From assembly GCA_963727525.1 (NCBI GenBank), contig CAVSGO010000005.1:320001-384000 (forward strand): a stretch of 64,000 nucleotides of DNA. The letters run 5' to 3'. The position numbers were made by a program, and so were the translations under genes. This DNA is from an uncultured bacterium. Lineage in GTDB: Bacteria > Krumholzibacteriota > Krumholzibacteriia > LZORAL124-64-63. Under the pieces are notes generated by a model that was not told where the DNA came from, ran no database searches, and worked only from the letters and a program-made list of their open reading frames with translations. Positions 59,160 through 64,000 of this stretch are shown here, one piece after another; position 1 is the first letter of the stretch; each line of letters opens with the position of its first letter.

Positions 59160-60563
59160 TCAGCGGGACAGCAGTTCGACGGCCGGCCGGGGTCGCCGGG
59201 TCGCCTCGAGGCGGCCGAAACCGAGGCGATGCAGCACCTCGGCGACCATGAAGCACGATCCGGTCACCAGGACGGCGTCGTCGCGCCTCAGTTCCTGGCG
59301 CCAGTATTCCAGCGCCGCCGCCACGCTGTCCATGATGGAGTGGGCAGCCATGTCCGCGAGTCCCCACTCGCCGAACAACCCCCTCCACGCCTCACGGTTC
59401 CGCGAGCGCGGCAGACTCACCGGCGCCGCCGTCACGGCATCGAAGCGCCGCAACCATGTCCCCAGCTCCGGCGGTGCCGGCTTGTCCTGCATGGCGCCCA
59501 GCAACACGATGCGGCGACCCCGGCAAGGCCGCGCCGCGAAGGCGTCGAGTGCGATACGCAGCGCCTGGGCATTGTGGGCGGTATCGACGATCACGTCCGG
59601 CCCCGTGAGCACGGTCTGGAAACGTCCCGGCAACACGAGGTCGCTCAGCGCTCCCGCCGGATCGTCCGGCAAGCGCAGGCTCCCGCGATCCTCCAGGGTT
59701 GTCAGGGTCAGCAGCGCCAGGGCCACGTTGCGCTCGAGCACGGGCTCGGCGAGGTGGGGCAGGCCGCCAAACGTGCGGCCGGCACACTGCAGACTCCAGG
59801 TCGCGCCGGCGTCGGCGGCGCGGACACAGGCATCGAGGCCGTACCAGGGGCTGCCGACCAGGGCGGCGGCGGCGCGGGCCTGTTCGCGCAGCGCGTCGTC
59901 GTCGAGAGCACAGTACAGCGGTACGTCCGCCTTGAGGAGCCCCAGTTTTTCGGCCAGGATCTGCTCGCGCGTCTCGCCCAGGATGTGCTGGTGGTCCAGG
60001 CCGATCGAGGTGAGCAGTGTGGCGACGGCCGGCAGGGCGTTGGTGGCGTCGAGGCGCCCGCCCAGCCCGACCTCGCAGCACACCACGTCGACCGCAGCGT
60101 CGCGCAGGATCTGCATCGCCACGGCGGTGAGGCTCTCGAACCAGCTCGCCTCGTGCCGTTCCACCAGGCGGCGAACGGCGACCACGCGCGCGGCGAAGAG
60201 CGCCGGATCCACCGGCGTCTCGTCGATCATGATGCGTTCGTGCACATTCAGCAGGTGAGGGCTCGTATAAGTGCCCACGCGATAGCCCGCCGCGCGCAAC
60301 AGCCGCGTGAGGATGAGCGTCGTGCTGCCCTTGCCGTTGGTACCCGCGACCACGAGGGTGCGCAGCCCCTGTTCGGGATGGCCGAGATCGCCGAGCAATC
60401 CCTCGATGCGTTGCAGGCCGGGACGGATGCCGAAACGGTTGAGAGAGAACAGCCAGCGCGTGGCCTCGTCGGGCGGAGCGAAGGGCGGCGGCAGCTGCGG
60501 ACCGATGCCGGGTTCGCCGGGGAAGACCGCCTCCGGCGGGTGGGGTTGCCGCGGATCGGTCAT
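59160..60563 (-). CDS. folC: Folylpolyglutamate synthase/dihydrofolate synthase
   Basis: VAGTNGKGS, YTSPHL, EVGLGGRLDATN, DTAHN. Confidence 0.95.
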   Translation of the reverse strand: MTDPRQPHPPEAVFPGEPGIGPQLPPPFAPPDEATRWLFSLNRFGIRPGLQRIEGLLGDLGHPEQGLRTLVVAGTNGKGSTTLILTRLLRAAGYRVGTYTSPHLLNVHERIMIDETPVDPALFAARVVAVRRLVERHEASWFESLTAVAMQILRDAAVDVVCCEVGLGGRLDATNALPAVATLLTSIGLDHQHILGETREQILAEKLGLLKADVPLYCALDDDALREQARAAAALVGSPWYGLDACVRAADAGATWSLQCAGRTFGGLPHLAEPVLERNVALALLTLTTLEDRGSLRLPDDPAGALSDLVLPGRFQTVLTGPDVIVDTAHNAQALRIALDAFAARPCRGRRIVLLGAMQDKPAPPELGTWLRRFDAVTAAPVSLPRSRNREAWRGLFGEWGLADMAAHSIMDSVAAALEYWRQELRRDDAVLVTGSCFMVAEVLHRLGFGRLEATRRPRPAVELLSR

Positions 60564-60569
60564 CGTTCA

Positions 60570-61448
60570 CTAGTCTCGCACAGGATGGGGAACGGACACG
60601 TCACGCCCGTCGACGAACCAGTGCAGGGCGCGCGCCAGGATGGGCTTGAGTTGCCGTCGTTCGACCACCATGTCCACCTGCCCGTGCTCCAGCAGGAATT
60701 CGGCCGACTGGAATCCCGGGGGCAGATCGCTGCCGATGGTCTGCTTGATCACCCGTGGTCCCGCGAAGCCGATGAGGGCGCCGGGCTCGGCCACGTTGAC
60801 GTCGCCCAGCGACGCGAAGCTGGCCGTCACCCCGCCGTAGGTGGGATTGGCGAGCACCGAGATGAACGGGATACCCGCCTCGCGCAGCCGCGCCAGTGCA
60901 GCCGACGTCTTGGCCATCTGCATGAGCGAAAGCAGCGACTCCTGCATGCGTGCACCGCCGGAGCGCGACAGGATGAGAGCCGCGTGACGGTCGCGTAGAC
61001 TGTCCAGCAGCATGCGGGCGATCTTCTCGCCCATCACCGAGCCGAGGCTGCCGCCCATGAACGAGAAATCGAGCAGTGCGAGGTTGAGGGGTAGACCATC
61101 GATGCGCCCGGCGCCGGTGATGACAGCGTCGTCCTTCCCCGTGGCCTGCATGCTCGCCTTCACGCGATCGCGATAGCGCTTGGTGTCCTTGAACCTGAGA
61201 GGATCGGCGCTGGTGATGCCACGATGGGTCTCGCACCAGGTGCCGCCGTCGACGAGCAGCTCGATGTACCGCTCCGTATCCAGCGGCAGGTGATGGCCAC
61301 AGGCGCCGCAGACCCAGAGGTTCCGCTCGAGCTCCCGACTGTAGAGCACCTCGCCGCATCCCGGGCACTTCTGCCAGAGATTGTCGGGTACTTCGTGCTG
61401 CTTGGCCAGGGCCTGGATGCCCCGGGCGGCGCGATTGAGCCAGGACAA
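60570..61448 (-). CDS. accD: Acetyl-CoA carboxylase carboxyltransferase beta subunit
   Basis: LWQKCPGC..CGAC, FMGGS.G, SGGARMQE, GGVTAS; TTG start after AAGGAGG. Confidence 0.96.
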   Translation of the reverse strand: MSWLNRAARGIQALAKQHEVPDNLWQKCPGCGEVLYSRELERNLWVCGACGHHLPLDTERYIELLVDGGTWCETHRGITSADPLRFKDTKRYRDRVKASMQATGKDDAVITGAGRIDGLPLNLALLDFSFMGGSLGSVMGEKIARMLLDSLRDRHAALILSRSGGARMQESLLSLMQMAKTSAALARLREAGIPFISVLANPTYGGVTASFASLGDVNVAEPGALIGFAGPRVIKQTIGSDLPPGFQSAEFLLEHGQVDMVVERRQLKPILARALHWFVDGRDVSVPHPVRD

Positions 61449-61562
61449 CGAGCACACCTCCTTGCGCCGGCGGTCCGGCGCAGTGCCACCAATGTGACGC
61501 AAGCGGACGGGATCGACAAGTCAGTTATCCAGGGCCACCGGCAGTCGCTGCGGGCGTTGCGG

Positions 61563-62024
61563 TTACGAATCGGCGAGCGATCGTGTCAGGATCAGCGCAT
61601 CTTCCCCCGTATCCGGGTAGTAACCGCGTCGCACACCCTCCTGCTGAAAACCGAGCCTCGCGTAGAAGCGCTGGGCGCCCAGGTTGGTCACGCGGACCTC
61701 GAGGGTCACCACGCGCTGCCCCGACCGCCTGGCCACGTCCATGGCGGCGGCCAACAAGGCCGCGCCGGCGCCGCGACGGCGCGCGCGGCCGGCGACGGCG
61801 ATGTTCAGGACGTGCAGCTCGTCGGCCACGAGCCAGGCCATGAGGTACCCCACCACCTCGTCCGCCCACTCGGCGACCAGCGCCAGATGCAGCGGCGACG
61901 GCTGCAACTCGGTGAGCAGAGCCGCCCGCGACCACGGATCGCCGAAACTCTCCTGCTCGATCCGCACCACCGCGCCGAGATCGGCGATGTCGCCGGACCG
62001 GATGGCGATTGTACCATCGCTCAT
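61563..62024 (-). CDS. rimI: Ribosomal protein S18 alanine N-acetyltransferase
   Basis: IEQESF..PWS, LNIAV, LEVRVTN..A..FY...GF, YY..GEDA. Confidence 0.9.
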   Translation of the reverse strand: MSDGTIAIRSGDIADLGAVVRIEQESFGDPWSRAALLTELQPSPLHLALVAEWADEVVGYLMAWLVADELHVLNIAVAGRARRRGAGAALLAAAMDVARRSGQRVVTLEVRVTNLGAQRFYARLGFQQEGVRRGYYPDTGEDALILTRSLADS

Positions 62025-62824
62025 GGACGCTCCTCGTTCCGCGAGCGCGAGGCATGGAAATCGATGGCATCGCTTGGGCGCGATGGCGTGAGGTCGACCT
62101 CGCGCAGCACCTCGGCGTCGGAGGCGCGCAGGTACCGCGGCGTCAGCGCGAACGGATGCACCATCGCCGCCGACCGCAACCCGTCATCGGCGAGCGCGAC
62201 GGCGAGAGCTCGCGCCGTGGCGGGATGCGCGGCCGTCCAGGCCCGCGTCACCGGTTCGTCGAGGTGGCGCAGCTCCTGCCGCAGGTCCGCCCCCTGCCCC
62301 ACGAGCAGGCTCACACCGCTGCCGCCGTAGATCGGCGCCTGCAGCTCGGGCACGGTTTCCACGAGCCGCTGCCACCAGACATCGTAGCCCAGACAGGCGA
62401 TCTCCCGCACCGGCTCCACCCAGGCACCGGCGCGTCGGAACACGCCCGCGAAGACCTCGCCGCGCCGCGCGTCGAGCACGGGCACGGCCAGTTCGCGATC
62501 CGTATGCTCCGCCAGCAACGCCGCGGCCATCGCGGCGAGGGTGGAGACGGTGGCCAGTTCGCAGCCCAGCGCATAGGCCAGGCCCTTCGCGGTGGCCACG
62601 CCCAGGCGCACGCCGGTGAAGCTGCCAGGACCATCGGTCACGCCGAGCACCCTCACCTCGTCGAGCCGCCGGCCTGCATCGGCCAGGGTCTGGTCGATCA
62701 GCGGCAGGATGGCGTCAGCGTAGCTGCCATTGACGTTGTGCGGACGGTAGGCGAGCAGTGCGCCGGCGTCCGCGACGGCGAAACGGCCCCAGGGCGTGGC
62801 GGTGTCCAGGGTCAGGACGAGCAC
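62021..62824 (-). CDS. tsaB: tRNA t6A biosynthesis protein TsaB
   Basis: LDTAT, GPGSFTGVRLG, DARRGEVF, P.YLR.SDAE. Confidence 0.92.
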   Translation of the reverse strand: MLVLTLDTATPWGRFAVADAGALLAYRPHNVNGSYADAILPLIDQTLADAGRRLDEVRVLGVTDGPGSFTGVRLGVATAKGLAYALGCELATVSTLAAMAAALLAEHTDRELAVPVLDARRGEVFAGVFRRAGAWVEPVREIACLGYDVWWQRLVETVPELQAPIYGGSGVSLLVGQGADLRQELRHLDEPVTRAWTAAHPATARALAVALADDGLRSAAMVHPFALTPRYLRASDAEVLREVDLTPSRPSDAIDFHASRSRNEERP

Positions 62825-63351
62825 GACGTTCCCTCCGGGGCCGGAGGCGGGAAGCTGAAGATCTCGGCAAACGCGGCCGGCAGCGCGGGCGCGCCACGAG
62901 CCAGCCAGAGCCGCGCGTCCGGATCCGCAAGCGGCGACACGAGCAGTTCGATCCGCCGCGGCAGCAGGGGTACCAGCAGCCCCGGCCATTCGGCCACGAG
63001 GATGGCCCCACCCGCGTCCAGGTCATCGAGCACAGCCTCCACACCGATATCCGCGAGATCGGCCCCCGACGCGATGCGGTAGAAGTCGAGGTGGTGCACC
63101 ACGAGCCGGCCGGTGTAACGATTGGCCAGCGTGAACGTGGGCGACGTCACCTCCTCGGCGACCCCCAGCGCGGCACACAGCCCTTGCACGAACGCCGTCT
63201 TGCCCGCACCCAGGAAGCCGTGCAACAGCAACGCCTCGCCGCCCTGGAGCAGCGCGGCGACGCGGGCGGCCAGGCGATGCGTGCCGGACACGTCGGTCAC
63301 GGCGACGCTCCCCGCGAACGCCGCGGGGGCGGGAAGATCGGCGGTGCTCAC
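62812..63351 (-). CDS. tsaE: tRNA t6A biosynthesis ATPase TsaE
   Basis: G.LGAGKT, VTSPTF, HLDFYR, EW. Confidence 0.93.
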   Translation of the reverse strand: MSTADLPAPAAFAGSVAVTDVSGTHRLAARVAALLQGGEALLLHGFLGAGKTAFVQGLCAALGVAEEVTSPTFTLANRYTGRLVVHHLDFYRIASGADLADIGVEAVLDDLDAGGAILVAEWPGLLVPLLPRRIELLVSPLADPDARLWLARGAPALPAAFAEIFSFPPPAPEGTSCSS

Positions 63352-63361
63352 GCAGGCTCCC

Positions 63362-64000
63362 TCAGCGAGGCTTGAGCACGGCGAAGGGACAGACCATCTC
63401 CTCGAGACTGATCCCGCCATGCTGGAAACTGTCCCTGTACAGACGCTCGTACTCGTGAAAGTTCGTCGGGTACACGAGATAGTAGTTCTCCGTGGTGACG
63501 GCATAGGTCTCGATGGTGCTGTTCTGCGGCAGTCGATAGGCTGCCGGATCCTTGATCAGCATGACCTTCTTCTCGTCTACCGAGAGATTGTCGCCGAACT
63601 TGTAGCGCACGTTGTTGCTGGCGTCGCGATTGCCCCGCACCTGGGTGGCGCGGCGGCTGAACATCGAGCCGTGATCGGTGGTGATCACCACGGTGGATCC
63701 CCGGCGCCCCACGTCCTTGAGCAGGTCGAAGAGACTCGAGTGCTCGAACCAGCTCCGCATCAGCGTGCAGAAGGCCGCCTCGTCGGGCGCCAGTTCCTTG
63801 AGGATGTAGCTCTGGCTGCGGCCGTGCGCCATGATGTCGAGGAAGTTGTAGACGCCCGCCACCAGCCGCACGTTGCCGAGCGATCCGTAGTCGCGCCGTA
63901 GCTGGTCGGTATCGCGCGCGTCAGACACCTTGAAGTACCGGTAGCTTTCGCGCGCCGGACTGTCCAGCACGGCGAGCTGAAACCCCAGCAGCTCCGCCTC
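63362..64000 (-). CDS. PorX-like response regulator, PglZ/alkaline-phosphatase domain (5' truncated by window edge)
   Basis: VYNFLD..AH, SWFEHS, ITTDHG, RYKFG.NL, YP.N, FQHGGISLEEM. Confidence 0.85.
   Translation of the reverse strand, partial: EAELLGFQLAVLDSPARESYRYFKVSDARDTDQLRRDYGSLGNVRLVAGVYNFLDIMAHGRSQSYILKELAPDEAAFCTLMRSWFEHSSLFDLLKDVGRRGSTVVITTDHGSMFSRRATQVRGNRDASNNVRYKFGDNLSVDEKKVMLIKDPAAYRLPQNSTIETYAVTTENYYLVYPTNFHEYERLYRDSFQHGGISLEEMVCPFAVLKPR

Noticed and set aside
58245-60998. 917-aa plus-strand ORF
   Set aside because: Antisense to ROK, folC and accD; no recognisable domain
63362-64000. BREX defence PglZ
   Set aside because: Motifs and tsaE context fit PorX; no brx genes are visible in the window

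Overview
High-GC bacterial chromosome segment, most consistent with an FCB-group lineage such as Krumholzibacteriota, Latescibacterota or Eisenbacteria. This is inferred from FlgD/T9SS-like C-terminal domains, a gingipain-like C25 peptidase, porX-tsaE adjacency and C-terminal WGxxKxL[YF] tails. About 56 genes are present, mostly on the minus strand. Housekeeping genes include lipA, alr, fur, a dnaQ-like exonuclease, lptD, ROK kinase, folC, accD, rimI, tsaB and tsaE. There is also a sigma28-type MCP gene, a MacAB-like ABC exporter and a compact type IV pilus/T2SS-like cluster. The main points of interest are: (1) a co-oriented 9-gene redox cluster at 22.9-32.8 kb (cytochrome-b-like membrane protein, 20-heme and 16-heme cytochromes, outer-membrane barrel, apparently circularly permuted ferredoxin-flavoprotein, TlpA, DUF4266, DUF3570, ApbE) that looks like a complete trans-envelope electron conduit; (2) a hidden selenoprotein (CGU motif, SECIS-like hairpin) fusing an UshA-like domain to a tetraheme cytochrome, split in two by the ORF track; (3) a shared short C-terminal motif on unrelated secreted proteins; (4) an IS1-like element with inverted repeats and a 9-bp target duplication; (5) a degenerate tRNA-Asn. 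All calls come from reading motifs by eye; no database searches were run, and start codons are best estimates.
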